DNA of 31,988 nucleotides from a virus (lineage: Duplodnaviria; Caudoviricetes): positions 1 through 31,988 of IMG/VR virus record IMGVR_UViG_3300017914_000745; one strand, given 5' to 3'. A program made the translations under genes and the position numbers. The number at the start of each line of letters is the position of its first letter. The stretch's first letter is position 1. Positions 14,501-22,602 of the stretch are shown here, piece by piece. Under the pieces are notes generated by a model. It searched no databases. It was not told where the DNA came from and saw only the letters and a list, made by a program, of their open reading frames with translations.

Positions 14501-15679
14501 GATATATGGTTAAGGTCTGTAAACGAAGGTCTACAAATTGCAGCAGTTTTATATCCAGATATAGCACAAGATTTCGAATCATTAGAACCTATAGCACAAC
14601 AAATAGCAAAAAATATTTACCAATTAAAAGCATGGGATAGATTTATAAATCCATATGCACCTAACTTGCGTTTGTTGTATGAAGTAAATGTTGATGATGA
14701 AATGTTTGCACAATGGTATGGTACAAAAGGTGAAGAATCTGGATTAATGTGGAACTCTTTTGTAGAGATAGCAGTCATTCATACTTATTACAGAGACCTT
14801 AGAGAGTATTATTCACACTTTATGGGAACAAGAGCAGGTGACTTTGAAGCAACAAAACAAATGGTGTTGTTATTTGATTTAGGTAAGTACGATTTAGAAG
14901 ATAGTTTTACATCTGTGGCATTAGTCAAACAAGGTAAAAAAATAACAGAGTCTGGTAAGTTACCAATGACAAAACCAGAGTATGATTTTGTTAATGACAA
15001 TGAAGAAGAATATAAAAAATATGGTGGATCTATATTATATTTCTTTGAAGGTCTTGGTACAGGTGATGTAGATTACTCTGCATATCAATCATTAGATAAT
15101 TTAGGTAAAGTTACACCATTAACAGGAGATGAGTTCTTTTATTCTGCTGCTATGTATGGTGCATCTATTGTAGAAAGGTCATTAAAAAACGCAGAAAGAA
15201 AAAGATTACAACAACAAGGTTACAAAAACACAGATGACTTATGGAAAATTAGTATGGCAAAAATAGATTTTAAATTAAGAGAAATGTTCCCACTTGCATA
15301 TGGTAGGGATTTAGGTGAGTTGTCAAAACTAGATGGTTATAACACTGTGTCTAACCAAGAGTTTGACATAGAAATAAGAATGATGGAAGAGATGTATAAA
15401 GACAAAGCATTTGATGATAGTCCAGTATTTCCATTTTTAGAAGAGTATTTAATTGCAAGAGAAACCACAATAGCATCTGTTATGACAGCTAAAAAAATGC
15501 CATTAAGACAAGATGCTATAGATTATATAACTCGTAATGATTCAGAAGATGCACAAGAAATGAGAGATTTATTGTATTATAAAGGTATAGAGATAGCTAA
15601 GAAAAACTACATGTTTGCTATTATGTGGGATGAGGTATTTTATGAAGAAATATCTTACTATGGTATAGGAACAAACTAA
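8513..15679 (+). CDS. Large internal virion/ejection protein (2388 aa) with glycine-zipper membrane segment and inserted cargo domains
   Basis: Size and structural-operon position. GxxxG-rich hydrophobic stretch at 9140-9301. SRxPxFxQxY and LLY...LPFFEAY motifs resemble large podovirus ejection proteins. Confidence 0.7.
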   Translation: MSYFTKWSEDWLNAKNEREALSQFQNNEEQIVNTDALSNRYYELEKFNPREDENLLAALASEGATNTDYYNLWKTTNNKDYRKYSGYVPTEAKEHTSFVKSALASDYRNPLKIGSLVKKGLDARYPGTNFSSLLWNGALLALESVTYPFQSIFGPAMGIEYEAAADRILKNRGDTSGARSFRSYPGEQGEQKKLPWSIKARAGLEAYVKGYGLSGTAGAIAGAKLGATTGSVAGPVGTVAGAGLGAIGGAVIGAVGQAIVGSGYENNPGIKNDFIRFAPSESALEYLAEIGVDYKKLEEDNKTNLGAILEAAPDIYNKNLQVITDGKKRELTFEEKAEVFYLTANELLAAPLSEEKSAIEIFNTGRSVNVPQFFNRSQVLNDAIKSRDGLYAQGVTANVGDYYRMALLGSMENKYSPKYALTEEIDEAYEISVLAIRQLLAQGDITEDQQKELLEDIETTANEMYSELKFNPDTKGAGRLLSGLLNFYVMYKTDLFVMGSKGVGVAGKSVDTDVVLAGLGKQYNDEVIKGGMEVSEWWAKNDDALRGWTNKFQQLMEESPDAPALLAMVENGMHPEFALRLVDNPSATYDILKQGVTEGFVADVRAGSRTIPGSKGPIGGETVGDAVQYALQPKVLDDAFIDNIAELMKGNVDEVFNKAAYSRTGSILDIFLGRDRRLPSMPWGDLSNPQNAADTFFKVGNMLSIPDPIIEKYLRQFVRAVQNGDQALAQKIYYDDLLKVEGAIQLKALFGLADDEIANFMQKNIDEVRGFGVEGGIYNASILNKFRDPDFVNVIVKKTFGNLFANEEDLIKFSEKFISIIGQTRDMSIAVPNLRQTLRYTGLKRKLRNRWSGSKTVDESIAEIRKAHDEGVPGTFFDPDTPLGEITKGAFADMKDPSAIYKGLETTIGLAETGLFTAVSRGWMPLQLLFRLSFPLKVMLDGQLRMSALGIDSLFRNPVGLLKLLANDPEGYLAKGLGIDVYTGLKGPFRTVSEKGPEFLPRSMRKVMNLVKEGKQEYSIPEVMAMFARDPKFTSQFTKPTDLWEESLKQGTKNVKLKDGTVLPFVPNDEYIESYVDFLVTQLAHDPLMPTVARGLREGLTDDEIVKQILDSQELTQELLTLNQRIIARNQKNGGVKIVKIIEDDTDVANIVAQYRQTINGFAGGSDDIIDVIASGTIKGIDLKSFSVLKQTQATKAKNEIQKIMQPVYEDLPSSVPMISKNVNKEAANFVTAFFDSMFFAVGQLEAVWSRIPTFKQAYFYFLENNIPFAQKEALAELLAKHFDPESVIKLPDNIVQLAKENLEAARITPEELQSIMNAKVPVKLQYNTNSIDTVLYNTEGLFDVRLFRGTSATDEIVFDLDLQKAEFTAFKTEREIANVRAGANNTKISAYAASIHDEALIVNGGLSEQQLSKLKENLTTKLENDALVDKIIDDFAKALEDNPSMSYAEILERLGISNKEFNIAKITDDLRKGRHKDGDVNPAIIKRVLDLDTKKAIPNKKIIDGQEKDIWNDASSGDFGGSYDLSKKVSDSQDMDLLEGIYVSPYKTREKTFRSLDELETGTIAPVEIEKMEFTPQVIKEFIEANKVVLRKQNHYLGIWDDGKKVYMDVSIKIPLREQRGLLDQQIAKAMYVGLLSEQEAIAVIKKVSTPTVGADGKQVVVETLEKTFPQVYKKNGVATHTSLNYIKQYGTELLENINKLNSLIRNTGVGPIVKGKRGKVNSNNVLFSSGMHGNLNTVDDANKLILFGGKDNPQLNKLTQVDYFSMLDLHGVRSNLKRNMTFDDLDRRAAEYGYELHNRLLYNLLERGYLAEAYRVALPFFEAYREVLGRYATLGAVNTRAAAQVSHVYRRGVETNIIYEDKYGEKYLILPVGGTPLEDYVKSEGRGTWVNDMDVDDSKVILKRGIPISALGVAGGGLYPPLGPVVALPVGYLTKDKPDLRRMFERTIFQFGLPFESRGDTFVGEALEESMPSVGRNLLGAIFGEDSPSFGLDEDIWLRSVNEGLQIAAVLYPDIAQDFESLEPIAQQIAKNIYQLKAWDRFINPYAPNLRLLYEVNVDDEMFAQWYGTKGEESGLMWNSFVEIAVIHTYYRDLREYYSHFMGTRAGDFEATKQMVLLFDLGKYDLEDSFTSVALVKQGKKITESGKLPMTKPEYDFVNDNEEEYKKYGGSILYFFEGLGTGDVDYSAYQSLDNLGKVTPLTGDEFFYSAAMYGASIVERSLKNAERKRLQQQGYKNTDDLWKISMAKIDFKLREMFPLAYGRDLGELSKLDGYNTVSNQEFDIEIRMMEEMYKDKAFDDSPVFPFLEEYLIARETTIASVMTAKKMPLRQDAIDYITRNDSEDAQEMRDLLYYKGIEIAKKNYMFAIMWDEVFYEEISYYGIGTN

Positions 15680-16629
15680 TGTTAAAAAATTTTATTATAC
15701 AATACGACACAGTATCTAATGTAGGTGAAGATACAGATCCATTAGATATTATTACAGGTGATGATGGTATACCTGTAGATCCAGGTTTAGCTAATTCAAT
15801 AGTAGATAGGCTTGTAGATGAATTAGGTTTAGATTCTAACAAACCATTAGGAATTGGTTTTAAAAGCAAATACAGTGTAATGGTTCTTGATGATGTATTG
15901 GGTGTGGAAGCACCTAAAGATGTAGATGCAGAGGATTATTTAAAGTCACAAGGTTTTAAATATATATATTTTCCAGAAGATATTACACAAGAAGGTGGTG
16001 CATTTGGTCCAAAAATAGTGGAGCAAATGAAAAATATGATGGCAACAATTGGCTACATAAATATAAACAAAACTACTGGTGTACAAAAAGATGCAGAGTA
16101 TTACAAAGGTATACAAAAACTTATGGAGTTTTCTATGAACAATGGTGGTAAGTTCACTTATGTACAAGGATTAAAAATATTGTACAATGCAACTCTTGCA
16201 GGACAAGCTCCAACACAACAATATCAAATGGACACAGATGAAATGGATGAATTAGTAGATGAATACATGAGTTCAGCAGAAGCTAAAAAAGGTAGTCCAT
16301 TAACAAAGAATGAAAAGGATTATTTAACAAGACAACTAAATGCTAAGTTAGGAGACTTCAGTTCTTCACTTGCAAATTTGCAACCAGCATCAACAGCAAG
16401 AATACAGTATGATGAAATGTCAGGTGTGGCTACAACTATACCAGGACAAGAGGCAGAGCAACCTGATGTAGAAGGTTTACAAGAAGATTTGTCAGGAGTT
16501 GTAGAAGAATTTATTGAGCCAAGAGAAGAATTAAAAAGACAAGCAAATATAGAATCAGATGCAGCTACTAGATTTGCTAGAACAATGGGTAGTTTGGCAG
16601 CAGCAGAAAGCGATAGAGTAGACAGATAA
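15679..16629 (+). CDS. Hypothetical acidic protein, probable internal virion protein (316 aa)
   Basis: TAATG coupling on both sides within the ejection-protein block. Confidence 0.7.
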   Translation: MLKNFIIQYDTVSNVGEDTDPLDIITGDDGIPVDPGLANSIVDRLVDELGLDSNKPLGIGFKSKYSVMVLDDVLGVEAPKDVDAEDYLKSQGFKYIYFPEDITQEGGAFGPKIVEQMKNMMATIGYININKTTGVQKDAEYYKGIQKLMEFSMNNGGKFTYVQGLKILYNATLAGQAPTQQYQMDTDEMDELVDEYMSSAEAKKGSPLTKNEKDYLTRQLNAKLGDFSSSLANLQPASTARIQYDEMSGVATTIPGQEAEQPDVEGLQEDLSGVVEEFIEPREELKRQANIESDAATRFARTMGSLAAAESDRVDR

Positions 16630-17726
16630 TGGTAACAACATCAGAAGTTATAGAAATATTAAAACAAGAAGGATTTGTAGATGATCAAATAAAAGTTTTA
16701 GTTCCTATACTTGCGTATGAGTCAAGAGAAGATGGTGTACCTTATGTGCTTACAGCGTTAGATTCTGAATCTCCATCATATGGATTAGGTCAAGCAAATG
16801 TAAACACAATGGAATCTGCATATTGGATGACATTTAACGAATACAATATAGATTTACCTGGACAAACTCAACAACAAGCAGATCAATGGAGAAGAGCTGG
16901 ATATGGTCAGAACGAAGAAGATGTAAGAGATTTTACGCCAGAACAAGAAAAGTTTGTAATTGATTATATGCAAACAGCAGACTTAGAGTTTCATGCAAAG
17001 CTAATTAAAAATATGTTTAAACAAAAAGAATTAGAAAGTGATATGAATTTTGAAGAAGCTCTGCAAGATTTGTATAAGTTAACTATTGCTAAATTTAATT
17101 TACCTGATAAACATCCTGAAAGTGCAGCATTTAAAAGCACTATAGATGCAGAAGTTGAAGAGTATTATAATACGCCACCAACGACAACGACTACTACTAT
17201 GTCAACTACAACAACTACTACTTTACCACCACAACAAGATGAGACAGTGACACTGTATAATCGTAATGGTAAAGCTGTTCCAAATGTTGATCCAGATATT
17301 GTAAATGATATGTTATCATCTGGTTTATTTTATAGAACACCACCACCTACAGCAGATGTAGGAATGGATGAGAGAAGTCCAGGTATTACAAATCAATTTG
17401 GTACACCACCAGAAAATAAAACAAGTGATAGAAAATCATTTGCAGATAAATTTAATGAAGATTTTAATAAAGATGTAGGACCTATAACTCAAAAAATTAG
17501 AGACAGATCAGCAGCAAAAGAAGATAAAAGTATTATGCAAATAATAGAAATGTTAACTGCATCTGTTAACAAAAAAAGGTCTGCAAAAGGATTAGAAGAA
17601 CTAGATAGAAAAACTGTATTAGATAACAGAACTAATCAGTTAGAAGAGAAAGAAACAAAAATACAATTTCCTGGAAGCGGTCTACCTTTAGACATAGAGG
17701 ATGTCTTAGATTTTTTAATAACATAA
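16629..17726 (+). CDS. Putative virion-associated lytic transglycosylase/lysozyme-like protein with Thr-rich linker
   Basis: N-terminal helix ends in YES (catalytic Glu) followed by SYGLGQ (GLxQ motif of the SLT fold). Linker PPTTTTTTMSTTTTTTLPP. Confidence 0.65.
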   Translation: MVTTSEVIEILKQEGFVDDQIKVLVPILAYESREDGVPYVLTALDSESPSYGLGQANVNTMESAYWMTFNEYNIDLPGQTQQQADQWRRAGYGQNEEDVRDFTPEQEKFVIDYMQTADLEFHAKLIKNMFKQKELESDMNFEEALQDLYKLTIAKFNLPDKHPESAAFKSTIDAEVEEYYNTPPTTTTTTMSTTTTTTLPPQQDETVTLYNRNGKAVPNVDPDIVNDMLSSGLFYRTPPPTADVGMDERSPGITNQFGTPPENKTSDRKSFADKFNEDFNKDVGPITQKIRDRSAAKEDKSIMQIIEMLTASVNKKRSAKGLEELDRKTVLDNRTNQLEEKETKIQFPGSGLPLDIEDVLDFLIT

Positions 17727-17727
17727 C

Positions 17728-20700
17728 ATGGCAGAAGAAAGATTAATCTGGGGTTCTGAAAGATTTATAGATGCCATCCTTGATGATATGAGAGCAGCAG
17801 CTCAATTATTTGAATTTGATATGGAAGGTGATTTAGAATATTTAAAAAAAAATCAACCTGAAATTGCAAAACTAATACAACAAGGAAAAATAAATATTGC
17901 TAATCATGTAGATTTTATTGAAGTTACTAAAGAAACATTAGATAGAACTGATTTACCATCAGGATTAAGTAAAGCAGAAGCATCAGATAGAATACTTGAA
18001 TATATTACAAGAACGCAAGAGTTATACAGTAGTACCAATCCTGGTCAACCAGAATTAGGTGTTACTGATACACAAGCACTAGACCCAGAATTTAAAAAAA
18101 TATTTACAGAAAGATTTAATTCGGAAAAAAATATTGATGAAATAAAAATAGTTGGTATATTCGCTAGTACAAGAACTACACCAGATGGACCAAGTTTAGT
18201 TTACGCAGACATAAATGACATAATTGACATTGTTGAATACAACAGAAGAGAACTACCATCAATTGGTAATTCAGATCAAATTATAGATAATATAAAAAAA
18301 ACAATATATGAAAAAGGATATGTGTTTGACACAGGAGAATCATATAACAGTTCAGTTGCATTTCCAGTTAGTTTAGGAGCTAATGGAAGAATACAAATAC
18401 CAGAAGGTAATCATAGATTAAGGGCAGCATACGAAGTAGCACAGGAAACTGGACAAACAATATATGTACCAATATATGCTTACCCTTCTAATGTTAAAGT
18501 TGCAAATGAAAAAGGTTTTGGTGGTGCTGTTTATAAAGGTAATTCAAAATTCGTTGGTGAAGAAACAATGTTTAATGCATTAAGACAATTGTTGTTTGAT
18601 GCAGGTGCTGATGAATATGCAGTTAATGATAAAGTTGGAGATCGATTAGGTCAAAAAAGTATGTACACAGGCAGTAACTATTTAGGTTCTGGTGGTAGTG
18701 GTGGTAGTAAAGTAAGCCAAGAAAATCTTAAAAAGTTTTTTACCGCTATAGGAGTAGAGACATTAACTTATGAAGAATTACCAGAAGATAATGTTTACAA
18801 AACAGGAGTTAACAATTTAACAGACACACCTACAAATGTAGTAGATGAAGGCATAGAGTTATTTCATGGAAGAGGTAAAGGTAGTAGAGTTCCAGAAGAT
18901 TTACATGCAGGTACATATCAAGCAGCAGTAGATAGAAATGCATTTATGTTTGGTAGCGAAAATATGTATGAAATGATTTATAACATTAAAAATAATTTTG
19001 TTGATGAAGTATCAGAAGCGTTGTCATATATAGAAGTATTTGATAATAATTTTAGTACAACAGAATATTTACAACCAGAAGTTTATTTACCTAATGGAAA
19101 TGTTGATACTTATGATATAAGAATAGATGTATTACAAGATGGAACATTAGATGTTGTAATAGGTAAAGATGGTGAAGAGATAGCTACCATTTTTAGTGAT
19201 AGTAGTGTTCCATATTTAATTGATGATTTAGAAGATGGAACTAATTTATATTCTCAAATAGACCAAGAAGGTTTAGAAAAAATTATAGGTGATAGAGAAT
19301 TAGATAAATACTTTGGAGAAGCAGGAGGATTTTTAGATCCTAATAGAAGTTTTAAATACAAAGATGGTTATGAATTATATAAAGTAACTATTGAACCAAG
19401 TGCAAAAGTTGTAGAGTTTACAGAAAATATGATTGTTGTAGAAAATGGAAAGTCAATATCTGTTGACCCTGATATATTTGTTAATTATTTAGAAAGTAAA
19501 AGACTAGGAACTATAGAAGAAATTACATTACCTGATGGAAAAACAATAACTCTGACAGGAACTGATAAAGAAAAATTTAATATTATAAAAAATGAAATGG
19601 ATGTTGTTGGTTATAGAAATCAAATGGAGGATGTTGGTAGTACATCATATTACTTTTTGAATAAAGATGTATACAAAGAAACATTAGTAGATACAGAAAC
19701 AAATAAAAAATTTGATGAAGATGTACTTAAAAAGTTTGTAGAAAATGATCCATACAGAGATTTAGAACCATTTGAAGATGCACCTGTAGAAAGAAAAAAC
19801 TTAGCTAAAACATTTATGTCTGAAGTTGAAGATGTTACTGATGGCAAACCATTATTAGAAACAAAAATGGGATTAGGAGATGGACCATTACAATGGGCAG
19901 ATGATGTTATAAAACCTAACAAAATTTTTAATCCAGATGCATTAACTAGATTAGAGACACAAATAGACACTACTGATGCTGTGAAAAAATTATCTCAGGG
20001 TCAAGAAGTTGATATGCAGTTGGAAGGTAATTATGTTTGGAATGATACAACAGAATTTAAACCAAGCGAAATGTACTCAAGAATAATAACTAACAATGCT
20101 ACTGATGAAGATATAACTAGATTTTTTATTTACTTAGCTACACATAGTGAGACAAGTGCTTATGCTAGACATCAATTTAAAAATCCAGATGCTATTGCAG
20201 ATATTATAAAAATAGGAATATTTAGTGATTTACCATTAAATGAAATAATACCTATGGGTCAACCATATTTTGAAAAAAGATTTATAGAACAATTAAAATT
20301 AAAAAATAGTTTGATAGGTGATGAGATATATAAAGTATTAGTTGACTTAGTTAACGAACAAGGACAGTTTGCTAACTTAAAAGAGACAATGAGAAATGTA
20401 ATACTTGAAGCTCACAGAGATATATATGCTGCAAATCCAAACGATTATTTTATTGTATGGAGAGGTGGACCATTAAATAGATTTGTTCCTTGGCAATCAA
20501 CAAGTAAAAGTTATCAATCTGCACAGGGTGTAATGTATCAAATGGTACAAGGTGGATATGGTGGTGGTAAATCTGTAGATACTTATATAGTACATAAAAA
20601 TAACATGATCGATTTAGATGCACTAGGTTTGTCATTTGGTAATGAAAAAGAAATTATAGTATTAACTGAAGAACTTAAATCACCACTTTCAAAAAGATCA

Positions 20701-22602
20701 CAAACAATAGAAGGTAGAAAAGATATAAGAACAATAAAAGATTGGTGGTTAATGGCTAGAGATCGAGAGGATGCATTTCCAAAAGATGGTAAACAAATTA
20801 GTAATACATTTAATCGTTTAACTGATGAAGGTCAAGCAACGCAAGAATTTTTTAATGAGGTTATAGATGGTATGAACCCTAAATATAAACCACAAAAACC
20901 ATACGAACAAATAATACAGTTAAACGATAATAGGTTATATAACTTTCAAGATGATTACAATGCTTTTATTAAAAGCGGTGGTCAATTCAATCAACATATT
21001 TTTACTTCTATACCTACATTTTATGAAACACAAATTGCAAAAATGCAAGGCATAACAAATATGATAGACAAAAATAAACTTATATATGGTGACTTACAAG
21101 GACCAAGACCATACAAAATATTAGACATAGGTGGAACTGAAGGTGCGTGGGCAAAAGCATTTGCAAAAAATAATCCATTTGTAGAAATAGATGTATTAGA
21201 CCCTAATAGCAAAGCTAAAGATGTATTTAACAAGGGAGACATGGTGACTAATGCACAATTTAAACATGCAGCATTTACACATGTAATAGAAGATCAAGGC
21301 AGAGCATTTATAGAAGGTGGTATAAAAGAGCCTGTATTTTATTATGGATTCGATAATAATAATCCACCATACAATAATAAAAATCGTTGGGATATTGTCC
21401 ATGAATCTATGGCATTTCAATTTATTAGTAATGATAGAGCAGATCAAATAAAGTATATTAAAGAATTTGTATTAAATAATAATGGTGTATTAATAATAGA
21501 AGAAAAATTTACTGACAATAATCAGGCAATATATGATTCTAATGAATTGAAAAAAAATAATTTTAAATCACAGTATTACACACCAGAACAATTGGCAGAT
21601 AAAAAGTTTAATGTTCTATTAGATATGGAAGGTAATCAAGTTACAGTACAAGAAGTGCAAAAAATATTAGGAGAAAATTTTAATCATGTTGAACAATATT
21701 GGGATTCTGGTAATTTTAAAGGATTTATTGCATCAGATGATGCAAAGAAAATTGATGATTTTACAACTGGCATTAATGATGTAGGTTTGTCATTAACTAA
21801 TCATACATTTTCTACTGCACCAACAGATACAGATATTAAAGGTCAATTAGAAAAGAAGATGTTTAACAATGGTACAGACAGTAAACTTGCTGGACAAATA
21901 GCAGAAGAAACAGTAAAACAAAATCCTAATTTTTTTAGAAAAGCTGCTGAAGCAATAAATAATTTTGATCCTTCTTCAGCATCAGTAAAATTACTAGGTA
22001 GGTTAGGAGTTGTTGCTGCACCAGCATTAAATGTATTAGCTAGGACAGCACCAGTTTACGCACCAGGTGATGTACTTATAGAAAAAACAGTAGAGAAAGT
22101 TGTTCCATATTTAGATGATGCAGCAGCTAAATTAGGTTTAGGTAGAATACCTTTTAATAAATTGTTACCTACATATATGGCATATGAAATAGGAGTAGCA
22201 GGAGCAGATTTAGTACAAGCTGCTTTGTATGCTTATGATGAATCACAGAAAAAAGCACCTAGAGAGTCTGGTAAATTTCAAGATAGTCTTACTAAATTAT
22301 TATTACCTAAAGCATATGAAGAAGAAGCTATAAAAAGAAGTAAAATTCCTGGAGACTTAAAAGCATTTTACAATACACCTACTGGAAAAAAAGTATTAGA
22401 AGAATTAGATTTTGGTAGTCAATTTATGAAAGAATTAGAAAACGAAAAGGTATCTAAGTATTCACCAGGATGGGGATTAACAAAAGGTATATTTAGTATG
22501 GTAGGCAACTTGTACAAATCTAGTCAAAACCCTAGTGATTATACTACAAAATATAAAGAAAATCCTGCTAGTATATATAATGCAGGATTCACAGGAAGAT
22601 AA
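17728..22602 (+). CDS. Polyvalent (multi-enzyme) putative ejected protein: ParB/Srx-like + ART-PolyVal-like + R-S-E ADP-ribosyltransferase + CmoA-like SAM-binding domain
   Basis: Motifs EGNHRLRAA; FHG..LHAGTxxAA..DVVGYRNxxEDxGSxSY; WRG..STS..EKE; FNQHIFTSIPTF..ILDIGGTEG..AFQF..LIIEEKF..YWDSGNFKGFIA. Confidence 0.75.
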   Translation: MAEERLIWGSERFIDAILDDMRAAAQLFEFDMEGDLEYLKKNQPEIAKLIQQGKINIANHVDFIEVTKETLDRTDLPSGLSKAEASDRILEYITRTQELYSSTNPGQPELGVTDTQALDPEFKKIFTERFNSEKNIDEIKIVGIFASTRTTPDGPSLVYADINDIIDIVEYNRRELPSIGNSDQIIDNIKKTIYEKGYVFDTGESYNSSVAFPVSLGANGRIQIPEGNHRLRAAYEVAQETGQTIYVPIYAYPSNVKVANEKGFGGAVYKGNSKFVGEETMFNALRQLLFDAGADEYAVNDKVGDRLGQKSMYTGSNYLGSGGSGGSKVSQENLKKFFTAIGVETLTYEELPEDNVYKTGVNNLTDTPTNVVDEGIELFHGRGKGSRVPEDLHAGTYQAAVDRNAFMFGSENMYEMIYNIKNNFVDEVSEALSYIEVFDNNFSTTEYLQPEVYLPNGNVDTYDIRIDVLQDGTLDVVIGKDGEEIATIFSDSSVPYLIDDLEDGTNLYSQIDQEGLEKIIGDRELDKYFGEAGGFLDPNRSFKYKDGYELYKVTIEPSAKVVEFTENMIVVENGKSISVDPDIFVNYLESKRLGTIEEITLPDGKTITLTGTDKEKFNIIKNEMDVVGYRNQMEDVGSTSYYFLNKDVYKETLVDTETNKKFDEDVLKKFVENDPYRDLEPFEDAPVERKNLAKTFMSEVEDVTDGKPLLETKMGLGDGPLQWADDVIKPNKIFNPDALTRLETQIDTTDAVKKLSQGQEVDMQLEGNYVWNDTTEFKPSEMYSRIITNNATDEDITRFFIYLATHSETSAYARHQFKNPDAIADIIKIGIFSDLPLNEIIPMGQPYFEKRFIEQLKLKNSLIGDEIYKVLVDLVNEQGQFANLKETMRNVILEAHRDIYAANPNDYFIVWRGGPLNRFVPWQSTSKSYQSAQGVMYQMVQGGYGGGKSVDTYIVHKNNMIDLDALGLSFGNEKEIIVLTEELKSPLSKRSQTIEGRKDIRTIKDWWLMARDREDAFPKDGKQISNTFNRLTDEGQATQEFFNEVIDGMNPKYKPQKPYEQIIQLNDNRLYNFQDDYNAFIKSGGQFNQHIFTSIPTFYETQIAKMQGITNMIDKNKLIYGDLQGPRPYKILDIGGTEGAWAKAFAKNNPFVEIDVLDPNSKAKDVFNKGDMVTNAQFKHAAFTHVIEDQGRAFIEGGIKEPVFYYGFDNNNPPYNNKNRWDIVHESMAFQFISNDRADQIKYIKEFVLNNNGVLIIEEKFTDNNQAIYDSNELKKNNFKSQYYTPEQLADKKFNVLLDMEGNQVTVQEVQKILGENFNHVEQYWDSGNFKGFIASDDAKKIDDFTTGINDVGLSLTNHTFSTAPTDTDIKGQLEKKMFNNGTDSKLAGQIAEETVKQNPNFFRKAAEAINNFDPSSASVKLLGRLGVVAAPALNVLARTAPVYAPGDVLIEKTVEKVVPYLDDAAAKLGLGRIPFNKLLPTYMAYEIGVAGADLVQAALYAYDESQKKAPRESGKFQDSLTKLLLPKAYEEEAIKRSKIPGDLKAFYNTPTGKKVLEELDFGSQFMKELENEKVSKYSPGWGLTKGIFSMVGNLYKSSQNPSDYTTKYKENPASIYNAGFTGR

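Noticed and set aside
8513-15679. Tape-measure protein or virion RNA polymerase
   Set aside because: No periodic tape-measure repeats and no tail-tube gene in the window. I found no recognisable RNAP catalytic motif (such as DFDGD).
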